Shown here: positions 51,390-60,692 of the stretch, in pieces | How positions within the stretch are numbered: the first letter of the stretch is position 1 | Layout of the letters: every line of letters begins with the position of its first letter | Origin: an uncultured delta proteobacterium | GTDB taxonomy: Bacteria; Desulfobacterota; RBG-13-43-22 | Direction: 5' to 3' | Assembly: GCA_963802945.1 (NCBI GenBank) | Contig: CAWDKY010000034.1 | Location: 32,001-96,000, forward strand | DNA: 64,000 bases | Notes under the pieces: model-generated | What the model saw: only the letters and a program-made list of their open reading frames with translations | What the model was told of the DNA's origin: nothing | Database searches by the model: none | Program-made: the position numbers and the translations under genes

Positions 51390-52673
51390 ATGTCCATCCC
51401 CGCTTTGGTCAAGGTGCTCTGTATCTTCGGTTTGGTTCTCGTTCTTAACCGAGTACGCCTTGGTTTGAGTCTCTGTCTCTTCATCGGTTCTCTGGTGCTT
51501 GGTTTCTGGATGCAAATGGGTCCCGCTGATGTGGTTTGGAGCGCCCTTCAAAGTCTCTGGCACATCCAGACGATCAGCCTGATCCTGATTGTCGGATCTA
51601 TCCTAATTATCAGCCGCCTGATGAAAGAAAGCGGTCATCTGGCCCGGATCGTGGAAGGCTTTGCCCGGATTTCTGGGGATGATCGTACCGCAAGTTTGGT
51701 GTTGCCGGCCTTGATCGGGCTATTGCCCATGCCCGGCGGCGCGCTTTTCTCTGCACCCATGGTTGAAACCTCCCTTGGCCGATACCCTTTAACCAGCGAA
51801 CATCAAACAGTGGTCAATTATTGGTTCCGGCATATCTGGGAATACTGGTGGCCGCTCTATCCAGGGGTGGTGCTGGCGGTGGCCTTACTGAAAGTGGAGA
51901 TGTGGCGTTTTATTGCCATCATGGTGCCTATGACCATTGTGATGGTCTTGGCCGGCGTGATCTTCATTCTAAGACCCATCAGACGGGAGTCCGTTTCTCG
52001 GAAGAAGGTCGTCTCTTCTTCAGGGCTGAAAAGTTTTTTGTGGGAGATCATGCCCATCCTCATTGTTGTTATGGTCATTATCCTCCTGGCGGGTCTGACT
52101 AGTTTTTTGAATTTGTCCGGGATCAAAATTAATCTACCGGGGGCCGTTTCTATACTTCCTGGTCTTTTGGCCTCTGCCATCTGGGTCTGTGTAGTCAACC
52201 GTATTTCTTTCAAGCAATTTACGGCAGCGATCTTTGATCGGAACATCCTTTTCATTATATTTTTAGTGGCAGCCATTATGATTTTCCAGGGGATTATGAA
52301 AGACAGTCGGGCCGTGGTCGATATTCGAAACGAACTTATGGCTTATAAGATTCCCATTTTGCTGGTTGTCGTTATCATGCCTTTTCTCTCTGGACTCATT
52401 ACGGGACTTTCCATCGGCTTTGTGGGGACCTCTTTCCCTCTGATCATTCCCCTGTTTCCTGTTTCTCCTCTTTTTAATTTTCTCTCCTATGGCGCACTGG
52501 CCTATGTTTTTGGCTTTGTGGGAATGATGCTCTCTCCGGTCCACCTTTGTTTCCTGGTCACCAAAGACTATTTTAAGGCCAACCTCCTGGGCAGCTATCG
52601 CCTCATCATTTACCCCACGATGAGTGTTTTATTAACGGCCGTTGTTTTCTTTGTAATTTCCAGAGTGTTCTAA
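51390..52673 (+). CDS. DUF401-family membrane transporter-like protein
   Basis: PALIGLLPMPGGALFSAP, NYWFRH..EYWWPLYP, SPVHLC. Confidence 0.8.
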   Translation: MSIPALVKVLCIFGLVLVLNRVRLGLSLCLFIGSLVLGFWMQMGPADVVWSALQSLWHIQTISLILIVGSILIISRLMKESGHLARIVEGFARISGDDRTASLVLPALIGLLPMPGGALFSAPMVETSLGRYPLTSEHQTVVNYWFRHIWEYWWPLYPGVVLAVALLKVEMWRFIAIMVPMTIVMVLAGVIFILRPIRRESVSRKKVVSSSGLKSFLWEIMPILIVVMVIILLAGLTSFLNLSGIKINLPGAVSILPGLLASAIWVCVVNRISFKQFTAAIFDRNILFIIFLVAAIMIFQGIMKDSRAVVDIRNELMAYKIPILLVVVIMPFLSGLITGLSIGFVGTSFPLIIPLFPVSPLFNFLSYGALAYVFGFVGMMLSPVHLCFLVTKDYFKANLLGSYRLIIYPTMSVLLTAVVFFVISRVF

Positions 52674-52710
52674 AGACTCCCAAGGCTGTATAATGTTGTC
52701 AAAAAAAGTA

Positions 52711-52739
52711 TTGACACTGATTTTTCGTTCTGATATAAT
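52711..52739 (+). promoter_or_regulatory. Sigma70 promoter of the trp operon
   Basis: Exact TTGACA-17-TATAAT with an extended TG. Confidence 0.85.
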
Positions 52740-52769
52740 TCTTCTTAAATTTTTTCAGGAATCCGAATT

Positions 52770-52844
52770 ATGAATCAAAATTTAACAAGTAACAAAAATT
52801 GGTGGTGGTGGCAGGATTCAAGGGAGGGGTTCGTCCACCGCTAA
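52770..52844 (+). CDS. trpL: trp operon leader peptide
   Basis: MNQNLTSNKNWWWWQDSREGFVHR*: four tandem Trp codons between the promoter and the terminator. Confidence 0.9.
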   Translation: MNQNLTSNKNWWWWQDSREGFVHR

Positions 52845-52862
52845 CCTGATACGATAAACAAT

Positions 52863-52903
52863 AAGCCGTGGAGAATCCTTTCGGGTATCCACGGCTTTTT
52901 TAT
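52863..52903 (+). terminator. trp attenuator terminator
   Basis: AAGCCGTGGA...TCCACGGCTT followed by a T-run; the 5' arm can alternatively pair with TCCACCGCT in the leader. Confidence 0.85.
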
Positions 52904-52913
52904 TGGTACTGCT

Positions 52914-52949
52914 AAAAAGGCCGTGAAGAAAAAATCACGGCCTTTTTTT
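52914..52949 (+). terminator. Second terminator-like hairpin in the trp leader
   Basis: AAAAAGGCCGTGA-loop-TCACGGCCTTTTTTT. Confidence 0.75.
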
Positions 52950-52971
52950 GTGTGGAAGCGGCCATGGGTTG

Positions 52972-53009
52972 CCTTTTGGACAACATCAAAAATAAGACCC
53001 CATAAGACC
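52972..53009. repeat. Isolated end of the ~220-bp element
   Basis: CCTTTTGGACAACATCAAAAATAAGACCCCATAAGACC matches the ends of 58221-58436. Confidence 0.6.
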
Positions 53010-53063
53010 AACAGCCTATGATCGATAGAAAAATATCAAATTGTTTTGGTTAGGAGCTTGATA

Positions 53064-55202
53064 ATGGATGATTACTATGTAACTGGCACAGGGATAAAGG
53101 TGTTGCGAAGGATTGAGTCCTTAGACTATGAAACCGCGCTTAAGATTCCCCTGGCGGATATCAATCATTCCAAGGGCGCTGTTTTTGCCAGCGGCTATGA
53201 ATATCCCGGAAGATACAGCCGCTGGGATATCGCCTTTTTAAACCCTCCGCTGCAGATGATCTGTTACGGCAGGGATTTTGTAATAGACGCCTTGAATGAT
53301 CGGGGGAAAATCCTTTTGGATTTCCTTTTCGGACCATTATCCCAAAATCCCCATATAGCCAAGATAGAAAGGTCCGAGTCGGGGATAAAGGGATCCATTG
53401 CCCCCATAACCGGTTATTTCCCGGAAGAGGAGCGCAGCAAACAGCCCAGTTTTTTTTCCATTATCCGCACAATCATTAAGCTGTTCGGTTCTGATGCGGA
53501 TCCCCATCTCGGTTTATACGGGGCCTTTGGTTATGATCTGGCCTTTCAGTTTGAACCGATCCGGTTGAAACATAAACGCCCGGCCCTTTATAAAGAGGCG
53601 CATCTTTTCCTGCCCGATGAACTGATTCTGGTCGATCATCGCAAAGAGGTGGCCCAAAGAAGGCGGTATGATTTTATTTCTAACGGGCAGGATACATTGG
53701 GGTTGGAACGGAAGGGAGAGAGGATAGAGATTAAACGCGGCAGGCCTGGTGAAATCAAGGTGGATCATAAGCCAGGAGAGTATGCCGATAAGGTCCGTCA
53801 GGTCCAGGAGGGTTGCCGGAAGGGTGATTTTTTCGAGGTCGTTCCCAGTCAGCTTTTTTATACCGGCTATGCCGGTACACCGGGGGAACTGTTTGACATT
53901 GTCCTCAAGATCAACCCAAGCCCTTATGAGTTTTTAATCAATCTGGGAGACGAACAGCTGGTCGGTTCCTCACCGGAAATGTTTGTGCGCGTGGATGGCG
54001 CATTTGTGGAAACCTGCCCCATCTCCGGGACGATCAGCCGGGGAAGGGACGCCATGGAAGATTCGGACCAGATCCGCACCCTGCTCAATTCCATAAAAGA
54101 CGAATCTGAGCTGACCATGGTAACGGATGTGGACCGCAATGATAAATCACGCATCTGTAAACCCGGGACCGTGCAATTAAGAGGCCGCCGCCTGATTGAA
54201 ACCTATTCCCGCTTGTTTCATACGGTCGATCATGTGACCGGCACCTTACGGGAAGACTGCGATTCCCTGGATGCCTTCCTGTCCCATATGTGGGCGGTCA
54301 CCCTGACCGGCGCTCCCAAAAGGGCTGCCATGCAGCGGATTGAAGACCTGGAAAATTCACCGCGACAGTGGTATGGCGGCGCCGTAGGGTTTATCAGCTT
54401 TAACGGCAATCTGAATACCGGCATTACCATCCGCACCATCCATCTGAAGGACGGAGTGGCCGGGGTAAGGGTCGGCGCGACCCTGTTAGTAGACTCGGAC
54501 CCGGATGATGAAGAAAAAGAGACCCGCCTTAAGGCTTCCGCTTTTATCGACGCTGTTTTAGGAAAAAGACCGCCGGAGCGTGCACAGTACGTCCCGCCTC
54601 GTCCCAAGGGAAGGCCGCCCAAAATTCTTTTTGTGGATCACCAGGATTCCTTTGTGCATACCCTGGCCAATTACGTCCGTCAGACCCAGGCCCAGGTTAT
54701 TACTTTGCGGGCCGGTTTCCCTTTGGCAGTCCTGGAGAAAGAGAAGTGGGATATGATTTTTCTCTCTCCCGGTCCGGGACGTCCATCCGATTTCGGGGTG
54801 GCGGCTCTGGTCAAGGCCTGTGTGGAACGCAACCTGCCGGTATTTGGAGTGTGTTTAGGTCTGCAAGGGATGGTCGAGGCCTTTGAAGGAAAACTCAGCC
54901 TTCTGGATTATCCGATGCACGGAAAACCCTCGATTATCAGGAATAATCAGAAAGGGATTTTTGAAGGATTCCCGGAGACCTTTAAGGCCGGCCGATATCA
55001 CTCCATCTATGCGGAGATGGAAGCCCTGCCTTCGTGTTTTGAAAGGACAGCCATAAGCGATGACCAGGTTGTTATGGGGATTGCCCATAAAGAGCTGCCG
55101 ATGGCGGCCGTGCAATTTCATCCGGAATCCATCCTGACACTCAAGGACGATATGGGTTTAAAACTGCTGACCAATGTGGTGCGTTTGTTGGGGAAAAAAT
55201 AG
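53064..55202 (+). CDS. trpE: Fused anthranilate synthase TrpE(G)
   Basis: YEYPGRYSRWD, NPSPY, SPEMFV, CPISGT, GAPK; glutaminase domain LSPGPG, GVCLGLQ, QFHPES. Confidence 0.95.
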   Translation: MDDYYVTGTGIKVLRRIESLDYETALKIPLADINHSKGAVFASGYEYPGRYSRWDIAFLNPPLQMICYGRDFVIDALNDRGKILLDFLFGPLSQNPHIAKIERSESGIKGSIAPITGYFPEEERSKQPSFFSIIRTIIKLFGSDADPHLGLYGAFGYDLAFQFEPIRLKHKRPALYKEAHLFLPDELILVDHRKEVAQRRRYDFISNGQDTLGLERKGERIEIKRGRPGEIKVDHKPGEYADKVRQVQEGCRKGDFFEVVPSQLFYTGYAGTPGELFDIVLKINPSPYEFLINLGDEQLVGSSPEMFVRVDGAFVETCPISGTISRGRDAMEDSDQIRTLLNSIKDESELTMVTDVDRNDKSRICKPGTVQLRGRRLIETYSRLFHTVDHVTGTLREDCDSLDAFLSHMWAVTLTGAPKRAAMQRIEDLENSPRQWYGGAVGFISFNGNLNTGITIRTIHLKDGVAGVRVGATLLVDSDPDDEEKETRLKASAFIDAVLGKRPPERAQYVPPRPKGRPPKILFVDHQDSFVHTLANYVRQTQAQVITLRAGFPLAVLEKEKWDMIFLSPGPGRPSDFGVAALVKACVERNLPVFGVCLGLQGMVEAFEGKLSLLDYPMHGKPSIIRNNQKGIFEGFPETFKAGRYHSIYAEMEALPSCFERTAISDDQVVMGIAHKELPMAAVQFHPESILTLKDDMGLKLLTNVVRLLGKK

Positions 55203-55266
55203 GTTCAAGGTTTAAGGTGTAAGGTACAAGGGAAAACTGTAAACCTTAAACCCTGAACCTTGAACC
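55200..55266. repeat. Inverted pair of heptamer arrays (AAGGTTC / GAACCTT)
   Basis: aggttc aaggttt aaggtgt aaggtac aagg ... aaacctt aaaccct gaacctt gaacc. Confidence 0.8.
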
Positions 55267-55298
55267 GGCATTTATATTTTAAACAGGGAGGAAGGAAA

Positions 55299-56360
55299 AT
55301 GATTCAGGGAGCGATTGGGAAGGTCGTAAACGGAGAGGACCTGAGCCAGGCGGAGATGGAAGCAGTCATGAATGAGATCATGAGCGGGGATGCCACCCCT
55401 GCCCAGATTGGGGCCTTTATCACGGCCCTCAGGATGAAAGGGGAAACGGTTGATGAAATCGTCGGCGCAGCTCGGGTCATGCGGGAGAAGGCCACCAAGA
55501 TCAAAGTAATCGATACCTCATTGAGCCTTGACCGTGACGATATCAATATTGATGCCGAGACGATTCTGGACACTTGCGGGACCGGGGGAGACAGTACCAA
55601 CACTTTTAACGTTTCAACCGCTACCGCCCTGGTGGCCGCCGGAGGGGGTGTCAAGGTAGCCAAACACGGCAATCGGGCCGTTTCCAGTAAATGTGGAAGC
55701 GCGGATGTTTTGGAAAACCTGGGTGTCAAACTCGACATCAGCCCTTTGCAGGTTGAAAGATGTATTCGTGAGATTGGTATAGGGTTTTTATTTGCCCCTT
55801 TATTTCATGGGGCCATGAAATATGCCGCCGGACCCAGAAAAGAGATAGGCTTGAGGACCATATTCAATGTCCTTGGGCCTTTGACCAACCCTGCCGGAGC
55901 AACAGCCCAGGTCCTTGGAGTCTATTCCCCCGAATTAACAGAAAAGCTGGCCCAGGTCCTTGGTAAATTGGGTTCAAAAGAGGCCTTTGTGGTTTGCGGG
56001 GAAGGGACCTTCGATGAGATCAGCATCTGCAGCCCGACCCGAATTGCTCATCTCAAGGGCGGAGAGGTTAAAAGTTATCAAATTACACCCGAGGAGTATG
56101 GTTTTCAAAGGGCCACCCTGGATTCCATCAAAGGCGGAGACGCCTTGGAAAACGCCCGCATCATTCGAGATATCCTGGACGGCCAGGAGGGGGCCAGAAG
56201 GGATATGGTCCTGTTGAATACGTCCGCCGCCTTTGTGGCCGCCGGACTCGATCAGGACCTGAAGGCCGGCATCCAACGTGCCGGAAAAGTGATTGATTCG
56301 GGCAAGGCCAAACATAAGCTTGAACAGTTGATTGCATTTACCAATAGCGTTAGGGTGTAA
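55299..56360 (+). CDS. trpD: Anthranilate phosphoribosyltransferase
   Basis: [35 protein letters not shown]. Confidence 0.97.
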   Translation: MIQGAIGKVVNGEDLSQAEMEAVMNEIMSGDATPAQIGAFITALRMKGETVDEIVGAARVMREKATKIKVIDTSLSLDRDDINIDAETILDTCGTGGDSTNTFNVSTATALVAAGGGVKVAKHGNRAVSSKCGSADVLENLGVKLDISPLQVERCIREIGIGFLFAPLFHGAMKYAAGPRKEIGLRTIFNVLGPLTNPAGATAQVLGVYSPELTEKLAQVLGKLGSKEAFVVCGEGTFDEISICSPTRIAHLKGGEVKSYQITPEEYGFQRATLDSIKGGDALENARIIRDILDGQEGARRDMVLLNTSAAFVAAGLDQDLKAGIQRAGKVIDSGKAKHKLEQLIAFTNSVRV

Positions 56361-56557
56361 CATGGAAATAACCACGAATAAAGTTTTTGGGTTTTTTGCC
56401 GTCTTGCCGGACCTCGTATCAAGTACGGGGCAGGCCCGATCCGGCATCCAGGACTTTTGATGCTTTTATAAACCTGGATTCCGGCTTTCGCCGGAATGAC
56501 AATCCAATCCCAATTTCCCTTGAATCCTTTTATAATTCAGGGTGATTGCTTTTGTTA
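56358..56557. repeat. REP-like doublet (56401-56500) inside a weak outer inverted repeat
   Basis: GTCTTGCCGG..CCGGCATCCAG...CTGGATTCCGGCTTTCGCCGGAATGAC; the right half is identical to 9659-9685. Confidence 0.75.
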
Positions 56558-56595
56558 TGCTGGCAAAAAATAAATAAAAAATTTTGGTGATATTT

Positions 56596-57375
56596 ATGCA
56601 TTCACGACTAATAGAGATACTTGAAACGAAAAAACAGGAAGTGGCTCAACTAAAGAAAAAGGGGATATCCCTCACCGGTCAACGAAGCATCCCTGGGATT
56701 CGTGATTTTAAATCCGCCATATCTCAACCGGGCGGGATCAATCTGATCGCTGAGATTAAGTTTGCCTCTCCTTCCGCCGGGACAATTCGGGAAAAGACAG
56801 ACCCGGTAAAGATCGGCCGGATTTATGAGCGGGCCGGTGCGGCCGCTATCTCTTTATTGACGGATCAAAAATTTTTTCAAGGCCATCTGGAATATCTGCC
56901 CAAGGTGAAGCAGGCTGTATGCTCTGCCTGTCCTGCAGAAGGATTTCATCATCGATGAGATACAGATCCGTGAGGCCCTGGCCTGGGGAGCCGATGCCAT
57001 TTTGTTGATCGTCAGAATACTTTCCAAGACGCAATTAAAGGAGTTGCTCCATGTCTGTCATGAAAACGGCCTGGCTGCGCTGGTCGAAGTCCATGACCGG
57101 AAGGACCTTGAAAAGGCCATTGATTCCAGGGCGGAAATTATCGGTATAAACAACCGGGACCTGGACACCTTTGAGATCAACCTTCAGACTACCCATGAGC
57201 TGGCCGGACAGGTTCCAAAAGGCCCTATCATCGTTGCTGAGAGCGGTATCAACAATAAAAAGGACATTGAAGGCCTGAAAGGATCAAAGGTTAATGCCGT
57301 CCTGGTCGGTTCGTCCTTGATGACAGTGAGGATATGGAGTCAAAGACCCGAGAGATGGCCGAAGCAGGAAGATGA
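56596..57375 (+). CDS. trpC: Indole-3-glycerol-phosphate synthase with frameshifts near 56920 and 57325
   Basis: IAEIKFASPSAG, AISLLTD..FFQG; shifted LPVLQKDFIID, LVEVH, GINNRDL, AESGI. Confidence 0.92.
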
Positions 57376-57423
57376 GAATTGTTAATCCACTTCGGATAAA
57401 TCGGTTCCAGTTTAGTGATGAAA

Positions 57424-57513
57424 TACGAATATTGAATTTCGAACATTGAATTTCGAATCAAGAAGTAAAGGAGCTTTACCTCCTTCGACATTCATCATTC
57501 ATTATTCGATATT
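57424..57513. repeat. Inverted pair of heptamer arrays (TTCGAAT type)
   Basis: tacgaat attgaat ttcgaac attgaat ttcgaat ... ttcgaca ttcatca ttcatta ttcgata; same family as 51226-51323. Confidence 0.8.
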
Positions 57514-57563
57514 TCCACGCCTCGTGGTGACCACTGGGGTGTGAAGATTTAGAGAGAGGGGAT

Positions 57564-58178
57564 ATGATCAGGGTAAAAATTTGCGGCATAACAAATTTGG
57601 AAGATGCCCTGCTGGTAACAGAAATGGGAGCCGATGCCCTCGGATTTATTTTCGCCGAAAGCCCCAGACAGATCACGCCGGCAAAGGCCAAAGCCATAAT
57701 CCGTATTTTGCCGCCATTGGTTAAGACCATCGGGGTCTTCGTTAATGAAGAACCAGCGAGGATCAAAGAGATTAAATCGGTTTGCGGTCTTGATCTTATT
57801 CAACTGCATGGGGAGGAATCACCGAAAATATGCCGGGACCTGATGCCTCATGCTATCAAGGCCTTTCGTATTCAAAACGAATGGGATATAGAAAAGATTA
57901 AAAGATACCAAGGAGTCGTAAGGGCCATACTCCTGGATACTTTTCTGAAGGGGAAAGCCGGGGGAACGGGTCAGACCTTCGACTGGTCTTTGGCCGTAAA
58001 GGCCAAGGAAACAGGCCTCCCTATTATCCTGTCAGGAGGATTAGGGCCTGAAAATATTCAAGAGGCTATTAAAGCAGTCGATCCTTATGCTGTGGATATC
58101 AACAGCGGCATAGAGAAACGACCCGGGAAGAAAGATCCGGTGTTGATGAAGCACTTGATGGAGAATATAAAAAAATAG
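57564..58178 (+). CDS. trpF: Phosphoribosylanthranilate isomerase
   Basis: VKICGIT, SPR, QLHGEE, GGTG.TFDW, SGGL. Confidence 0.97.
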   Translation: MIRVKICGITNLEDALLVTEMGADALGFIFAESPRQITPAKAKAIIRILPPLVKTIGVFVNEEPARIKEIKSVCGLDLIQLHGEESPKICRDLMPHAIKAFRIQNEWDIEKIKRYQGVVRAILLDTFLKGKAGGTGQTFDWSLAVKAKETGLPIILSGGLGPENIQEAIKAVDPYAVDINSGIEKRPGKKDPVLMKHLMENIKK

Positions 58179-58220
58179 TATCAACGATATTAAAGTGTTG
58201 TTTAATCAAAAAGGGGTGGT

Positions 58221-58436
58221 GGTCTTAAGAGGTCTTGTTTTTTGAGTTGTCCAAAGGGTAGTTTTGAGCCTGCTATCCGGCCCAAAAGCTAAGTTTGATT
58301 TGAGGTAGAGCAAATCCCTAAACCTTTTCCCATCAATGGAGAAGGCCTGCTTATGATGGTAGGTTTAAAATTTGGTTCGAGAAAAAGCTTATGGCCTATT
58401 GGTGGACAACTTCAAAAAACAAGACCCCTTAAGACC
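58221..58436. mobile_element. ~216-bp palindromic-ended repeat element, second full copy
   Basis: GGTCTTAAGAGGTCTTGTTTTTTGAGTTGTCCA / TGGACAACTTCAAAAAACAAGACCCCTTAAGACC; the interior is colinear with the reverse complement of 30331-30550. Confidence 0.8.
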
Positions 58437-58497
58437 TGAGAGTTTCAAAATCGAGCAAAATCAAAAAGTGGTTCATAAATTTAAGGAGTGATAGATA

Positions 58498-59724
58498 ATG
58501 AAAATTCGCGGTTATTATGGAATGTTCGGAGGGGCCTTTATTCCGGAAATCCTGGTGGCCACCTTTGATGAACTTGTTGAGGCCTTTGAAAAAGCCAAAA
58601 ACGATCCTGGCTTCTGGAAAGAATATATGGAGATCATGTCCACCTATTCCTGCCGGCCTACGCCTTTGACCTTGGCCGAAAACCTAAGTCGTCATTTCGG
58701 TGGGGCCCGCATCTACATCAAAAGGGAAGATCTGAACCACACCGGGGCGCACAAGGCCAATAACGTCATGGGCCAGGGGCTTTTGGTCAAACGGATGAAA
58801 AAGACCCGGGTCATTGCCGAAACCGGGGCCGGTCAGCATGGTGTGGCTACGGCTACCATGGCCGCCAAATTCGGATTCCGCTGCACCATTTATATGGGCG
58901 AAGTGGATGTCAAAAGGCAACGGCCCAATGTCTTCTGGATGCAGCGCCTGGGCGCCGAAGTCATTCCGGTCAAGGATGGAACGGCCATACTCAAAGATGC
59001 CATCAATGAGGCCTTTCGGGATTGGATCACCCACATGGATGATACCCACTATGTCCTGGGAACGGCCTGTGGCCCCCACCCTTTTCCGGAGATGGTGGCC
59101 TATTTTCAATCCATCATCGGCCAGGAAGCCCGAAAGCAAATTTTGGAGAGCGAAGGTAAACTCCCGAAACGTATTTATGCCTGCGTGGGAGGCGGCTCAA
59201 ATGCCCTGGGGATTTTTCAGTCCTTCCTGAATGATCCGGTGGAACTGGTCGGTGTGGAGGCTGCGGGCAGGGGACTCACCACTGGGCAACATGCCTCGAG
59301 ACTGGCCTCCAAAGATGGATCCATTGGTGTGGCCCAGGGGTATAAGACCTATTTCCTGCAGAATGGTGACGGGCAGATGAAAGAAACCCATAGTGTGGCC
59401 GCGGGCTTGGATTATGTTGGGGTTTCTCCGATTTTGTCCTCCCTTAAAGAACAGGGCAGGATCAGGGTGGAGGCCGCCACCGATCAGGAGGTGATTGATG
59501 CCGTATCCCTTAGTATGAAAAAAGAAGGATTGATCCCGGCCCTGGAGGCAGCACATGGTTTTGCCCAGGCCTTTAAGGAGGTTGGTAGTTTAAATCAGGA
59601 TGACGTTGTCCTGATCAATCAATCGGGCCGGGGGGATAAGGACATCTTCACCATTGCCGATGCCTTTGATGACCCGAGCTGGAAAGCATTTATCCGGGAG
59701 AAAGCCCATGAATATGAATCTTGA
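58498..59724 (+). CDS. trpB: Tryptophan synthase beta chain
   Basis: KREDLNHTGAHK, AETGAGQHG, CVGGGSNA, AGLDY, SGRGDKD. Confidence 0.98.
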   Translation: MKIRGYYGMFGGAFIPEILVATFDELVEAFEKAKNDPGFWKEYMEIMSTYSCRPTPLTLAENLSRHFGGARIYIKREDLNHTGAHKANNVMGQGLLVKRMKKTRVIAETGAGQHGVATATMAAKFGFRCTIYMGEVDVKRQRPNVFWMQRLGAEVIPVKDGTAILKDAINEAFRDWITHMDDTHYVLGTACGPHPFPEMVAYFQSIIGQEARKQILESEGKLPKRIYACVGGGSNALGIFQSFLNDPVELVGVEAAGRGLTTGQHASRLASKDGSIGVAQGYKTYFLQNGDGQMKETHSVAAGLDYVGVSPILSSLKEQGRIRVEAATDQEVIDAVSLSMKKEGLIPALEAAHGFAQAFKEVGSLNQDDVVLINQSGRGDKDIFTIADAFDDPSWKAFIREKAHEYES

Positions 59725-60478
59725 TTCTTATCTTAAAAAAAGGCTGGCGGAGAAAGACATCCTGCTCATGACCCATATCGTCCTGGGATATCCTTCCTGG
59801 GAAACCTGCCTTCAAGTCATCGAGGCCATGGTCGAAGCGGGTGTTGACCTGATGGAATTGCAGATCCCTTTTTCCGAGCCCATGGCCGATGGGCCGGTGA
59901 TCCTCCAGGCTAATCAGAAAGCCTTGGAAAGTGGTGTAACCGTTCAGAGGTGTCTGGATTTTGCTCAGGAGGTGACGAAGACCTTTGAAATCCCTTTTTT
60001 GATTATGAGTTATTACAATATCGTTTTCAAATATGGGGTCGAACGATTCACCGTCACCTTGGCCGAAAGAAACCTCATGGGGGCAATCGTACCGGACCTT
60101 CCGCCGGAAGAGGGACAGGAATATCTTCAACTGATGAAACAGCAAGGGCTTTCGCCTATCCTTTTCTTTTCCCCCACCACACCGAACGATCGGATGCGAT
60201 TTATCGCCTCCCTGGCCCGAGGGTTTATCTATTGCCTGAGCCGAAAAGGTGTCACCGGTGCTGATACGACGTTTTCCTCGGAATTGGCCGGCTATCTGGC
60301 CCGATGTCGCCAGGCCACTTCCCTTCCCCTGGCAGTCGGCTTCGGAGTCAAAGGAAAAACAGATATTGATTTTTTAAAAGGCAAGGTGGATATCGCCGTC
60401 ATCGGTTCCCAAACGATCCGGATCGTGGAGGATCTGGGAAGTGGAGCGGTTGGAAATTTCATCTGCAGTTTGCGCTGA
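59714..60478 (+). CDS. trpA: Tryptophan synthase alpha chain
   Basis: ELQIPFSEPMADGPVI, VPDLPPEE, GVTG, VGFG. Confidence 0.97.
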   Translation: MNLDSYLKKRLAEKDILLMTHIVLGYPSWETCLQVIEAMVEAGVDLMELQIPFSEPMADGPVILQANQKALESGVTVQRCLDFAQEVTKTFEIPFLIMSYYNIVFKYGVERFTVTLAERNLMGAIVPDLPPEEGQEYLQLMKQQGLSPILFFSPTTPNDRMRFIASLARGFIYCLSRKGVTGADTTFSSELAGYLARCRQATSLPLAVGFGVKGKTDIDFLKGKVDIAVIGSQTIRIVEDLGSGAVGNFICSLR

Positions 60479-60692
60479 GCACATCAATCCATTCCTCAAC
60501 TCCCCCGGCCTCTTTAACAAAATCAACCCCATCGATCTAAAAATCAAGAACATTGCTTTTTGATCCCCCTCATGATATTTTTCTATCTGCACTCTATCTT
60601 CCTTTCTCCTTCAAGGGGGGTAATGGTCTTAATCGATATCGCATCCTTTTTGAGCAGGCTTCAAGGAGCCTTAAACCAACGGAGGTGAACCC

